From NCBI GenBank assembly GCA_964434285.1, contig CAYSUJ010000001.1, forward strand, positions 240,564 to 304,563: 64,000 nucleotides of DNA, given 5' to 3'. The DNA comes from an uncultured Candidatus Saccharibacteria bacterium. Lineage in GTDB: Bacteria; Patescibacteriota; Minisyncoccia; Phycocordibacterales; UBA2100. Below the pieces are notes generated by a model. That model worked only from the letters and a program-made list of their open reading frames with translations, ran no database searches and was not told where the DNA came from. Both the position numbers and the translations under genes were made by a program. Within the stretch, counting starts at the first letter, position 1. Each line of letters opens with the position of its first letter. Of the stretch, positions 38,511 through 48,210 are shown piece after piece.

Positions 38511-39491
38511 TCACCCGAAGAGCTGCGCGATTGCGAGCACTGGTTCTGCAAAGAACACCCAATCAGCAACCACAAAGAGCATCGACATAATACCGAGAAG
38601 TGCGCCCGCTTTTGCGGCATGACGCAGGTGGTGGCGATGCAGCTCCCATTCCACATCGAAGAAAAGTGCGACAAGTATAATGAGACCAATAACATAATAC
38701 GCGTACTGCAACACATGTCGCGGCTGCGCGACGAGGAATGCCCACCATGGCCGCTCGTCCGGCGTCATGATCGCCGCATCGCCGTCTTGTTCCGCGAGCG
38801 CACCACTGACTCCCACCTCTTCATGTGGTGCAACAACTTCCACCTGCTCGCCAAGGACGTCGGGAGATGAAGCCTCAGCAATCGTGGGCGCAGGAGCCGC
38901 AGCAACGGCGCGCCCAAGCGCATCCGATTTCGGTCGCCCAAACATCTGCACGGCAAACACCGCCTCGCGTCCCTGATACATCCCGACAGCCGTCGCGATG
39001 CCAATCTCCGTGTAGCGCGGATTCACGATGTTGTCGCGATGCGTCGGCGAATTCATCCACGCATTCTGCACGTCACCGGAATCAACGAAATTCACCGCGA
39101 GATTCTCCCCCGCAAATTGGTAGTCATAGCCAACTTTCTTTAACCAGTGCCACGAATCATATCCCTCCGGTGTTGTGTGCGAAAAATAGCCCTTCTCGGC
39201 CATATCGTTCGCTTTCGCTTGCGCCGCGGCGGTCAAAACTGGATTGGCCTCAAGGCGCTCGAGCGCGAGCGCTTCACGATCATTGTTTGCAAGATCCACC
39301 AAGACCGATGCGATCACCGCCGCAACATACGGCGTATGCATCTCGCGCACCACGCGCTCGACGACACCCGCCGCGACGAAGAGGCACACCACAAGCGCCC
39401 CCGTCGCCACCATGACGGAGTGTTTCAGATATTTCGGTTCAAAACTGTATTGTTTTTTGACGTGCTTTCGTGAGCGGCGTTTCGGACTCAT
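38511..39491 (-). CDS. CAP (SCP) domain membrane protein
   Basis: AAAQAKANDM, YFSH, AGENLA, WMNSPTHRDNI, EIGIA, VQMFG; flanking TMs. Confidence 0.9.
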   Translation of the reverse strand: MSPKRRSRKHVKKQYSFEPKYLKHSVMVATGALVVCLFVAAGVVERVVREMHTPYVAAVIASVLVDLANNDREALALERLEANPVLTAAAQAKANDMAEKGYFSHTTPEGYDSWHWLKKVGYDYQFAGENLAVNFVDSGDVQNAWMNSPTHRDNIVNPRYTEIGIATAVGMYQGREAVFAVQMFGRPKSDALGRAVAAAPAPTIAEASSPDVLGEQVEVVAPHEEVGVSGALAEQDGDAAIMTPDERPWWAFLVAQPRHVLQYAYYVIGLIILVALFFDVEWELHRHHLRHAAKAGALLGIMSMLFVVADWVFFAEPVLAIAQLFG

Positions 39492-39554
39492 CTCATGTAT
39501 GGTACACGGCAAAAACGCGTGCAAAATAGTTTTTCAACAGGTGAAATCGCCCCC

Positions 39555-40181
39555 TCACCACGCCCAGAAAAATCCAAGCACGCGCGCGAATAACGCTGGC
39601 ATCGACTTGATCGCGCTTTCAAAACGAGTCATGAACGGAGGAGAATGCCCCTCAGTTGATGAAGAAAGACGTGCCTCAATGGATTCTTCATTCCCGTGCT
39701 CGTCTTTGGTAGTCGCACTCACTTCCGCTCCACTCTCATCGACGCGCGTCGAGACTTCAAGGTGCATCGGCTGTCCTGCTCCCACTTTCTTCTCATACTC
39801 ACGCGTTTCTGTCTCGCCATTTCGGGATGTCTCCACCTTCACCCTTGCCTCACCTCCCTCTGAACCGACATTAATGTATGTTTCCGAGCGCGACGACGCA
39901 CTCACATCGCCATCAGAAACCGAGGAGCCGCCGCTTCCCACTACCTTCCCACCAGTTGATACGGAAGAATGATTTTCAATAATGACAGCGCCACCCTGCC
40001 CCTCCGCAGCCTGCGACGCCTCACGCACGAGTTCGTCGACCCAAGACTCGGCGCTTACAAAACTCGGCACACCCAGAAAAACCACAGCCACCGCGAAGGC
40101 GCGCGGGAACGTGCCTTGAGCGAGCATCGCGCAGGGCACTCGCACACGTGCGAACACTTGGCAGAAGCTCGTTTTTTTCAT
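39555..40181 (-). CDS. Secreted hypothetical protein
   Basis: Signal-like segment ending VSA; Ser/Gly/Glu-rich body; amphipathic C-terminus; start uncertain. Confidence 0.6.
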   Translation of the reverse strand: MKKTSFCQVFARVRVPCAMLAQGTFPRAFAVAVVFLGVPSFVSAESWVDELVREASQAAEGQGGAVIIENHSSVSTGGKVVGSGGSSVSDGDVSASSRSETYINVGSEGGEARVKVETSRNGETETREYEKKVGAGQPMHLEVSTRVDESGAEVSATTKDEHGNEESIEARLSSSTEGHSPPFMTRFESAIKSMPALFARVLGFFWAW

Positions 40182-40230
40182 GCGTGCAATCAACATACGG
40201 CTCGAACAAGGCACGCTCACGCGCGCAGAG

Positions 40231-43149
40231 CTACAATTCAAACGCCTCCACAAACGGCACTAAGCTGAAGAAGAGTCCTGAGAACAACCGGAGCGGGAGC
40301 CCCATCTGCACTTCCGTGCTTGGCTTTGGCGCGAGCAGGTTTACGCTCTGTATTGGCTTCGGTGCAAACGCATTCTGCTTCGGCGCCACCTGCCCAGTCT
40401 CATTTTTCTTGAGAAGCACGTCGAGTCCGACACCCGGTGCCTTCACGGAACCGCGGAACCGCGAGATCTCACTCAGCTGCGCCTCGGAGAGATCGAATGT
40501 CATTGCGTTCTGGCAGGCGATCTCGTTCACTTTCTTCTGTGTCGTGTAGTAGACGTTCCCCGTCGGTCGTGAGATGCCCCATGGCGTGAGGATGTCCGTC
40601 GCATACTTGCTCTGGAAGCGCATGACCGCAGCAAGGGTCTTCGAATCATAGGTACCGGTGGTGTCCAAGGTCTCGCCCTCGTATGAATTGAGGAATGTCT
40701 GGAGCGCCACCACCTGTCCCGGCGCATTCTGCTTCATTGGGCGAATGTATTCCGTAAGGAGGGGGGCGCAGGTCTCCTCTCCCAACACTTCGCCACCGGG
40801 CAAGATCTCGATAACCTTCTTCGCCACAATCGTCGCGAGTGGAATACCTGTGTCATACATACCCGTCATCTTTGCCGTGTTGGTGTAGTAGCCCGGCTTT
40901 ACGGTCGCACCAAAATCAACCGTGTATTTAATGGTAACCACCTCTTTTTCCTTAAGGGTGCCCAAATCCCAGCGCTGCGTGCCAATCTCCTTGCCATCCG
41001 GTGAGACCAAGACGTCAGTCACCACCACCTTCTTAAGCTTTCCGCCCTGATTATCGACGGTGATCACATATTCAACCTGTGTTGGTCCCGAGATCGTGCT
41101 TGCGCTTGCTTCCTTTGTGAGGATCACATTCGGCTTATAGTAGCTCTTGCCGCCTGAGCCGCCACCCGAGCCACCGCCGCCGCCACCGCCTCCACCGATA
41201 ACCTGCTCCGTAATGTCGCCAAGAATATCTGGCTCGCCTGGCTTTACGCCGAACTGCAGATCGCCGTCCCAATCGCCTGCGATGTTGAACATCGCGAAGA
41301 TCCAGTCTTGCCCAATGATCGTCTGGTTGACCACGTTCAAGATCGAGAGGAATGCGTCTGCATCTCCCGTGTTAATCGTTGCCGACTGCCCTTCCGCCGT
41401 GTTCGCGCCCGTCCTCGCCTCCACAATCGCACCGTTCAAGATGCGCGCGTAATTCGTGGTCGAGGCGATAAGTCCGTCATGTCCTGCACGATCGCTCGCG
41501 CCACCCGCGCCACAGATGAGGTGACCAAACTCCGTCCCTACGTGCTGGAAGCCCTCCGGCATCTGTACCACTTCACCATTCCAGTCTCCGCCGACAGAAA
41601 CCACGAAGCAGATAGGCGCACCGATCTGGTTCACAAAGTTTGCAACGGTCGTCTTTGCACGTGCATCACCTGTCGTGATATCAGAGCCTTCGGTCGAGAG
41701 CGCCGTGTTATCGCCCGTAAGCGCTGTTGTCGTACCGTTGTTCAAAACACCCGCGTCGTTGTCCACCTTTAAGACACTGTCGCGACCAAGTGTCGCACCC
41801 GTTGAGAGTGTCTTAAAGAATGCGCCATCTGGAAGCAGAATGTCGCCGGAAAGGTCACCCTCGTTATGCATTAGGAGAATGAGGTAGCGGGAATCAACGA
41901 GCTGAAGGTTACCGAAGTTCACGATACCGCCATAGGCAAGCGCGTCCCCTGTGTCGATCGTCGCATCGCCCTCTTCTGAGTGGGCACGATTCTCGCCAGA
42001 GAGCGAGCTGACCACGAGTTCATTCTTGATCTCGACCTCGTTCTCAGTGTAGAGGCGGAATTTCGCGTCGTCGGTGTCATCGCAACCCGTAAGGTTACAT
42101 GCCGTTGTGACGAGTCCAGAGAAAAGATCAATGATGCGCTGCGTGAAATCAAGCGCATCGCCGAGAGGATTGCGAAGGAAGAGAATGTTTCCTGTCGAAT
42201 TTGTGATTGCGATATTGAAGAGTGAAATGAGATAGCCGAATGCCTTTGAGCGTCCGGTCACGATAAGCGCATCACCTGGCTCCGTCACCTCGGTTGCACC
42301 CGTGAGATCCGTCTGCCCTTCGGTTGAAGTTGCCGTGTCGGCGAGTTCATCAGTAATAGATTCAGCGGTAGTACTTGCACCGGCAACGTCACCAAGGTTA
42401 GCCTCATCACTCGAGCCGCCGCCAGAGCCTCCACCCGAACCATTCGCAGAGCCGCCATCGCCGCCTGAGCCACCCGAACCACCGTCACCACCAGTTGCAC
42501 CGGAATCGGCCCCTGTTTCGCCATCTGCTGTTGCGTCGGCACCTGCGCCATCTCCACCTGTGCCACCCGTGCCAGCGTCAGCGCCACCACCAGTGCCGTC
42601 GCCGCCGTCACCACCTGCTCCGCCTGAGCCGCCCGTAGCGTCCGCGCCCGCATCGGTACTTTCGGAATCAGCCGTGCCGGTGCCGCCATCGCCACCCGCA
42701 CCACCATCGCCAGCGTCGCCAGTTGAAGCATCCCCACCAGTGCCACCATCACCACCCGCGCCACCCGTTGCGCCGGCATCGGTGCCATCACCAGTTGCGT
42801 CCGCCGTGCCGCCATCGCCGCCTGTACCCGCATCGCCGCCGCTTGCACCAGAACCACCGTCGCCGCCAGTTCCTGCGTCCCCGCCAGTTGCATCGGCGCC
42901 GCCATCTGTCCCGCCATCCGTCGACTCAGAAGTCGCCTCAGGCGCAGGATCTGAGGTTGTCTCCGTTGTTTCCTCAACAACAGGTTCCGGTGTTGGCTCG
43001 GGAGTAGGTTCGGAGACCGCCTCAGCAGTGGGTGCAGGATCAGCTTCTTGTGCAAATGCTACAAACGCAGGAAGTGGCGCCGCAAACACAAGAACGAACA
43101 TCGTGACGATGCTCGCAAGCTGCATAGTGATGGAGTTTTTTGTAAACAT
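40231..43149 (-). CDS. Large secreted protein: Gly/Asp-rich region, TG-N/TGDA repeats, DUF11-like Ig domain, peptidoglycan-binding-like C-terminus
   Basis: Signal peptide; GGxGG repeats; LTKEAS...VEYVITVDN...VTDVL; QVVALQTFL...AAVMRFQSKY. Confidence 0.8.
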   Translation of the reverse strand: MFTKNSITMQLASIVTMFVLVFAAPLPAFVAFAQEADPAPTAEAVSEPTPEPTPEPVVEETTETTSDPAPEATSESTDGGTDGGADATGGDAGTGGDGGSGASGGDAGTGGDGGTADATGDGTDAGATGGAGGDGGTGGDASTGDAGDGGAGGDGGTGTADSESTDAGADATGGSGGAGGDGGDGTGGGADAGTGGTGGDGAGADATADGETGADSGATGGDGGSGGSGGDGGSANGSGGGSGGGSSDEANLGDVAGASTTAESITDELADTATSTEGQTDLTGATEVTEPGDALIVTGRSKAFGYLISLFNIAITNSTGNILFLRNPLGDALDFTQRIIDLFSGLVTTACNLTGCDDTDDAKFRLYTENEVEIKNELVVSSLSGENRAHSEEGDATIDTGDALAYGGIVNFGNLQLVDSRYLILLMHNEGDLSGDILLPDGAFFKTLSTGATLGRDSVLKVDNDAGVLNNGTTTALTGDNTALSTEGSDITTGDARAKTTVANFVNQIGAPICFVVSVGGDWNGEVVQMPEGFQHVGTEFGHLICGAGGASDRAGHDGLIASTTNYARILNGAIVEARTGANTAEGQSATINTGDADAFLSILNVVNQTIIGQDWIFAMFNIAGDWDGDLQFGVKPGEPDILGDITEQVIGGGGGGGGGSGGGSGGKSYYKPNVILTKEASASTISGPTQVEYVITVDNQGGKLKKVVVTDVLVSPDGKEIGTQRWDLGTLKEKEVVTIKYTVDFGATVKPGYYTNTAKMTGMYDTGIPLATIVAKKVIEILPGGEVLGEETCAPLLTEYIRPMKQNAPGQVVALQTFLNSYEGETLDTTGTYDSKTLAAVMRFQSKYATDILTPWGISRPTGNVYYTTQKKVNEIACQNAMTFDLSEAQLSEISRFRGSVKAPGVGLDVLLKKNETGQVAPKQNAFAPKPIQSVNLLAPKPSTEVQMGLPLRLFSGLFFSLVPFVEAFEL

Positions 43150-43197
43150 ACGTATTTAAAGTTGGTTTTCCCTGGTAATGGTGGAACTGCGACCGTC

Positions 43198-43305
43198 GTC
43201 AAAAGTTTTTTCCTGCTGGAAAAACTTTCGACCCTGTCTCGCCCCGACGGGCTCCGGCCTTGCGACGGGGCCCCAACCCCGTCTCACCCTCTCCGAGAAC
43301 CCGAG
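43198..43305 (-). repeat. Structured intergenic element E (divergent member, minus strand)
   Basis: Minus strand has GGGGTTGGGGCCCCGTCGCAAGGCCG (shared with element D), CCGTCGGGGCGAGA and a C(AGCA)G-capped stem. Confidence 0.75.
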
Positions 43306-43314
43306 AGCATTTCC

Positions 43315-43344
43315 CTAGCAGCTAGAAGCTAGTACCTAGAAGCT
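43315..43344. repeat. Heptamer array (CTAGAAG)n
   Basis: ctagcag ctagaag ctagtac ctagaag ct. Confidence 0.7.
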
Positions 43345-43361
43345 CTTACCGATTCTCGTGA

Positions 43362-43390
43362 GAAGGAGGGAGGTTGCCCTCCCTGCCTTC
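43362..43390 (-). terminator. GCAA-tetraloop hairpin just after the 290-aa gene
   Basis: Minus strand GAAGGCAGGGAGG-GCAA-CCTCCCTCCTTC. Confidence 0.55.
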
Positions 43391-43399
43391 TTCCGCCAT

Positions 43400-44272
43400 T
43401 TAGCGGATAACGCGGATCAAGAGCGAATTGATGAGATTCACTGCACCCGAGTTAGATACTGCAGCACCCGTTACGATGAGGCCGCCAGCACCGCCGTTGC
43501 CGCCGTTGCCGCCGTCACCACCTGAGCCTGCCTTACCACCGTCTGCATCTGCATCTGCATCAGCATCGCCGTCTTCAGCGTCTGCATCTGCGTCAGCGTC
43601 AGCTTCGCCGCCGGTTGAGCCGTTGCCAGCATCATCACCGTCGCCACCGAACGAGCCATCAGCCCAGTTCCAGCCGGTCTTAGCGTATGCGTCTGTCTTG
43701 TTGACGAGAGCGCCTCCGTTAACAACTGCGATTTCAACTTCATTGTCTGCATCGTAGTCGACATCGTCGAAATCTTCGACATCGTCGAGATCAGCATCAC
43801 AGCCACAGCCCTCAACCTTGATGTCGGTCGAGTTGATGACGTTCATCGTGCCAGCGTTTGCTTCTGCATCGCCAGTTGCGATTGTGCCACCAGCACCGCC
43901 TGCGCCGCCGTTACCGCCGTCGCCGCCTGAGCCGCCCTTACCGCCGTCTGCATTTGCATCAGCATCTGCATCGCCGTATTCGTCAGCATCTGCATCTGCG
44001 TCAGCATCAGCGTCGCCGCCGTAGCCGCCGTTGCCGCCCTCCTCGCCGTCGCCGCCGTAGGAGCCGCCTGCCCAGTTGCCACCCGTTGAAGCAGTTGCAG
44101 TCGTCGAGTTCACGACGAATGCGCTGTTCACGACAGTGACCTTCACATCGTTGTCCAAGTCAACGTCGATCTCCGAGTCGTTGTAGTCTGCAAACGCTGG
44201 GAGAGCCGCCGTCAACGAAAGGAGTGCTGCGATCGTTGCAACCGCTGCACCGTAGTTCATTGTCTTTGTCAT
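43400..44272 (-). CDS. Secreted two-repeat Gly/Asp/Ala-rich protein
   Basis: Signal peptide ending AFA; two about 125-aa repeats containing (DA)n and GGxG tracts. Confidence 0.8.
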   Translation of the reverse strand: MTKTMNYGAAVATIAALLSLTAALPAFADYNDSEIDVDLDNDVKVTVVNSAFVVNSTTATASTGGNWAGGSYGGDGEEGGNGGYGGDADADADADADEYGDADADANADGGKGGSGGDGGNGGAGGAGGTIATGDAEANAGTMNVINSTDIKVEGCGCDADLDDVEDFDDVDYDADNEVEIAVVNGGALVNKTDAYAKTGWNWADGSFGGDGDDAGNGSTGGEADADADADAEDGDADADADADGGKAGSGGDGGNGGNGGAGGLIVTGAAVSNSGAVNLINSLLIRVIR

Positions 44273-44662
44273 AATTATTTTTGAATTTAGAAGATTCTGT
44301 TAATTCCCTTTTAATCTCCCATTCCGCCCCCGTACGGATGGCGTAATGCTGGAGTCCTCGACCTCGTGTCTGTGTAAGAGCCGCTAAGCCCCCCGTGCAG
44401 TCCACGGCGCGATTCCTCGGGGGAGGAATCGCGCCATACACTTCACGCGTTTTCCTCCGAACGAACAGCCAAAACACCACGAGCAGAAACTCGCGACGTT
44501 AATACAAAAAAACCAGTACTGAAAATCTTGTAATGAGTCATGCGCTCGAAAGCGCTGGTTTCCCCATCTCACTTAACAAGCTCGCGCTTGTTATGGAGAT
44601 TGCTCACTGATTTCCCTTACTGGTTTCCTTACCATCTCACTTTGCGTAGAGATGATGCAGGG

Positions 44663-44690
44663 ATTATCTCGCACCCACACGTGAAGTCAA
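44663..44690 (-). promoter_or_regulatory. Putative sigma70 promoter for the 290-aa gene leader
   Basis: TTGACT-16 nt-GATAAT with an A-rich upstream tract; TTATCCACA (DnaA-box match) at 44702-44710. Confidence 0.5.
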
Positions 44691-44750
44691 TGTTTTTTTC
44701 GTGTGGATAACGCCGACGATACAAATATCTGCATGCGTCAATAATTTTTA

Positions 44751-44788
44751 AAAGAAAAATCCCCGGAAAGTTCTGGGGATTTTTCTTT
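44751..44788. terminator. Bidirectional Rho-independent terminator
   Basis: AAAGAAAAATCCCC...GGGGATTTTTCTTT. Confidence 0.72.
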
Positions 44789-45002
44789 CTTCGAGGTAAG
44801 GCTTCTGAACGGGCCCAAGACAGTAGGGAAACCAGCGCAAAGCTGTCTGTCTCGGGACCCGTTCCGAAGTCCTACACGCAACGAACATTCATACCAACAC
44901 CCGGCAAATCCGCGACACAGTGTCTGTCTTGGAACCCGTTTCGAAGCCGAACCAAAGATCATTCTCGCGCAGCGGGCGCTTACGCGCCCGCTGCCCATTC
45001 AC

Positions 45003-46130
45003 TTACCAGAATCGGTCAAACATTCGTCGGAAGAAGTCAGAAATTCGATTGCTTGGGAGCGTTACCACTCCTGCATCTTCACGCTGGCCTTCACCCTTAT
45101 CGTCACCCGCGTTCTCTACCGGCGCGGCAGGTGCCTTCAGTGCTGGAGCTATCGCACGAACTGCTGCCGTTTGAACGGTACCTCCCACCTTTCCGGTTTC
45201 GACGATACTCTGCTCATCAGTCGAAAGCGGGAACTCTTTGCCCTCACAGTAGATCTCATTCACCTGCTTACGGGTCGTGAGGTACACGAATCCTGTCGGC
45301 GAAGTGAGCCCCCATGGCATCAAAATCTTCTCGGCGTACTTGCCCTGAAACGCGAGGACTGCCGCGTGAGTAGTGTCATCAAAGACACCGTTCACTTCCA
45401 CCTCGAACCCATCCTTCTTGAGCACATCCTGAAGTCGCTGCACTTGCTCAAGCTTGTTCTCGCCCCCCTTCTTCAGGAAGTCGGTGAGATACATGTCGCA
45501 GGACGTAACACCCTCGAGATATGCTGGAGTCGACGTGCCGAGAACGCTTCCGCCTCCACCACCTCCGCCACCTCCACCGCCACTCCCACCGCCCGAGACG
45601 GGGTCAGCTTCGTCAGAGTCCCCTGAATTAGCGCATCCAGGATCCTCCATATCAATTTTTCCATCGGCATCATTGTCAGTCCCATCGCTACAGGCTGGGT
45701 TACTACCTCCACCGCCACCGCCATTATCCTCGTCAACGCATTGATCATCGACAAGAACCTTCCCCTCAGGAACTGATTCCTGGGCGCCGTCTATGTTAGG
45801 ACAAACGTCCGTTGGTTCTTCGCCACCTCCACCGCCATCACAGTTAGGCGGAAGGTTACCAAGCTCGTCAAAAATATCGCATGGATCAACAGGAACGTCC
45901 GGAACGTCGCCACCGCCATTGCCTCCATCAGAATCACCGCCTCCACACGCGCTTTCAAGTTCTGCAGGAATTGGCTCGCCTGCCGCCTGGAGCGCGGCGT
46001 ACGTCTCGCAGATAATGTCCTCCGCAAGCGTATCTGCATAAACCTCACGCTGGTTTCCCAAAACCACCGCAACCAATGAGAGAAACGCGAGAATAATCGC
46101 GATTCCTATGTGTGCTTTTCGTAGTGTCAT
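45003..46130 (-). CDS. Secreted protein with Cys/Asp-rich Ca-binding-like repeats and a peptidoglycan-binding-like domain
   Basis: DVCPNIDG, CSDGTDNDADGKIDMEDPGC; C-terminal domain paralogous to that of 40231-43149. Confidence 0.78.
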   Translation of the reverse strand: MTLRKAHIGIAIILAFLSLVAVVLGNQREVYADTLAEDIICETYAALQAAGEPIPAELESACGGGDSDGGNGGGDVPDVPVDPCDIFDELGNLPPNCDGGGGGEEPTDVCPNIDGAQESVPEGKVLVDDQCVDEDNGGGGGGSNPACSDGTDNDADGKIDMEDPGCANSGDSDEADPVSGGGSGGGGGGGGGGGSVLGTSTPAYLEGVTSCDMYLTDFLKKGGENKLEQVQRLQDVLKKDGFEVEVNGVFDDTTHAAVLAFQGKYAEKILMPWGLTSPTGFVYLTTRKQVNEIYCEGKEFPLSTDEQSIVETGKVGGTVQTAAVRAIAPALKAPAAPVENAGDDKGEGQREDAGVVTLPSNRISDFFRRMFDRFW

Positions 46131-46354
46131 AAACGTGAGTAATTTTTGTAGTAATTAAATTCCCCTGCTAAACAAAACTGGCGTCAGGGTATCTCCCTAG
46201 AAGCGCGAGTCAATATAGCCAAACGCAAGCAATTATGCCGTGATTTTAATATGTCTTTTATTTATAAAAATAAGCATCGCCATGCGATGTCTTTTTAAAG
46301 ATGTGTCCCTTAAATATCCTTTGATACCAACGTTTGGGAGTATAGGTGAAAGGA

Positions 46355-46389
46355 CACACTGTCCTTTGTCTTTTATAAAGGACAGTGTG
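46355..46389. promoter_or_regulatory. Perfect 13-bp inverted repeat (operator-like)
   Basis: CACACTGTCCTTT-9 nt-AAAGGACAGTGTG in a divergent intergenic region. Confidence 0.55.
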
Positions 46390-46489
46390 CGTCGCTAGCG
46401 AGAGGAGCTTGACGAGAGCGTCAAAAATCATTGTATCTTGTTCCCGTACTTCTCCCTCTTTCCTGGGCCGGTCTTGGTATACTTTGCCC

Positions 46490-48142
46490 ATGTCGCTTCG
46501 TGATGAAATCGCATCTTTCGTACGAGGCACGGTAAGTGATGCCCACGAAGACCTCGCGCGCCTCTCTCGCGACACGAGTATATTTAAGCGGAAGCCGGCT
46601 CTTATGGTAGCCCCTCGCGATGCCGCGGATCTCTCTGCCCTCATTCGGTGGGTCGCCTCGGAGAGAGCGCGTGGAAAAGCGCTTTCCCTCACGGCCCGTT
46701 CTGCCGGCACCGACATGACGGGCGGCCCACTCACCAACTCGATCGTGGTGTCTTTTACCGAACACATGAACTCAATCGGCGATATTGGTGATGACTACGC
46801 CGAGGCAGAGCCCGGTGTTTTCTATCGCGATTTCGAGAAGGAAACACTCTCGAAGGCTGGCAAGCTCCTTCCCTCTTTTCCTGCTTCACGCGAAATCTGC
46901 GCCATCGGCGGTATAGTCTCAAATAACTCCGGTGGCGAACTGACCCTTAAATACGGCAAGACTGAGCAGTATGTGCAATCACTGGACGTCGTGCTCGCAG
47001 ATGGTTCCCAAACGACGCTGAGACCGTTGTCCCCAGTAGAGCTCGCCGAGAAGAAAAAAGGTGATTCCTTCGAGGCAAAGATCTACCGCGATATGGACCA
47101 GCTTCTCACAGAAAACGAGGCTTTAATTACATCGGCGAAACCGAAGGTCTCCAAAAACTCCTCTGGTTATGCACTCTGGAGCGTGAAAGATAGGAATAAG
47201 GGCACATTTGACCTCTCAAAGCTGATCGTCGGATCACAAGGCACTCTTGCGCTTGTGACCAAAGCGAAACTGGGACTCATCGAACGCGCCACGCACAAAG
47301 CCATGCTCGTTATCTTCCTCAAAGATCTCGAAGTGCTCCCCGAGGTGGTGAAGCGCGTACTTGCGCACGAGCCAGAGTCTTTTGAGAGTTACGATAATCA
47401 CACCTTCTCACTCGCTGTTAGATTTTTGCCCCAAATATTGCGCTCTATGGGCCCTCTCAAAGCTATTTCGCTTGGCGCCTCGTTCCTTCCAGAACTGTAT
47501 CTCGTGCTTACGGGCGGTGTGCCGAAGCTCGTCTTGATGGCAGAATTTGCCGAGGACTCTGAGGTCGCCGCGCGAGACAAAGTCCGCGAAACACGACATG
47601 CGCTCAGTGATCTTTCCGTGACAACACGCATGGCTGCAGGGACCATAGGCCCTGAAAAATACTGGAAAATTCGCCGCGAGAGCTTTAACCTCCTCCGCAA
47701 AAATGTGCCAGGCCTCTACGCCGCGCCCTTCATAGACGACTGCGTCGTGCTTCCTGAGACCTATCCAACGTTTTTGCCCGAACTCGAGGCATTACTCTCT
47801 CAATACCCATTCACCTTCACTATCGCGGGTCACGTTGGAAACGGCAACTTCCACATCTTCCCGCTGGTAGATATGACGAAAGACGCCGTTCACGAACAGA
47901 TCATAGAGCTTAACAAGAAGGTCTACGAGCTCGTTTTAAAGTATGGCGGCTCAACGACGGGCGAACACAACGATGGCATCATCCGCACGCCGTATGTGAA
48001 AGATATGTTCGGCCCGGAAATGTATGCCCTCTTTGAGAAAACGAAGCAGATTTTCGACCCCCAGAACATTTTCAACCCCGGCAAAAAGGTAGGTGGCACC
48101 CTCGACGACATCGAGACCTACATGATGCACTCTCCGCGCTAA
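46490..48142 (+). CDS. FAD-binding oxidoreductase (GlcD/D-lactate dehydrogenase family)
   Basis: RSAGTDMTGG, CAIGGIVSNNSGG, GSQGTL, GHVGNGNFH, GEHNDG, FDPQNIFNPGK. Confidence 0.92.
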   Translation: MSLRDEIASFVRGTVSDAHEDLARLSRDTSIFKRKPALMVAPRDAADLSALIRWVASERARGKALSLTARSAGTDMTGGPLTNSIVVSFTEHMNSIGDIGDDYAEAEPGVFYRDFEKETLSKAGKLLPSFPASREICAIGGIVSNNSGGELTLKYGKTEQYVQSLDVVLADGSQTTLRPLSPVELAEKKKGDSFEAKIYRDMDQLLTENEALITSAKPKVSKNSSGYALWSVKDRNKGTFDLSKLIVGSQGTLALVTKAKLGLIERATHKAMLVIFLKDLEVLPEVVKRVLAHEPESFESYDNHTFSLAVRFLPQILRSMGPLKAISLGASFLPELYLVLTGGVPKLVLMAEFAEDSEVAARDKVRETRHALSDLSVTTRMAAGTIGPEKYWKIRRESFNLLRKNVPGLYAAPFIDDCVVLPETYPTFLPELEALLSQYPFTFTIAGHVGNGNFHIFPLVDMTKDAVHEQIIELNKKVYELVLKYGGSTTGEHNDGIIRTPYVKDMFGPEMYALFEKTKQIFDPQNIFNPGKKVGGTLDDIETYMMHSPR

Positions 48143-48210
48143 TGCGTAGAAACCAAGCGCAGAAAAAAGCCGCTCGGCGAACCGTGCGGCTTCTCAAAGT
48201 CTGAAACGCA

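Noticed and set aside
42302-43159. 285-aa Pro/Ser-rich ORF on the plus strand
   Set aside because: Antisense shadow of the Gly/Asp-rich region of the 972-aa gene
44702-44710. Replication origin suggested by DnaA-box matches here and at 6062-6070
   Set aside because: Isolated single boxes, with no cluster and no dnaA or dnaN nearby
44821-44845. c-di-GMP-I riboswitch suggested by GGGAAACC and GCAAAGC
   Set aside because: The P1/P2 architecture and spacing do not fit, and no gene lies downstream on the plus strand
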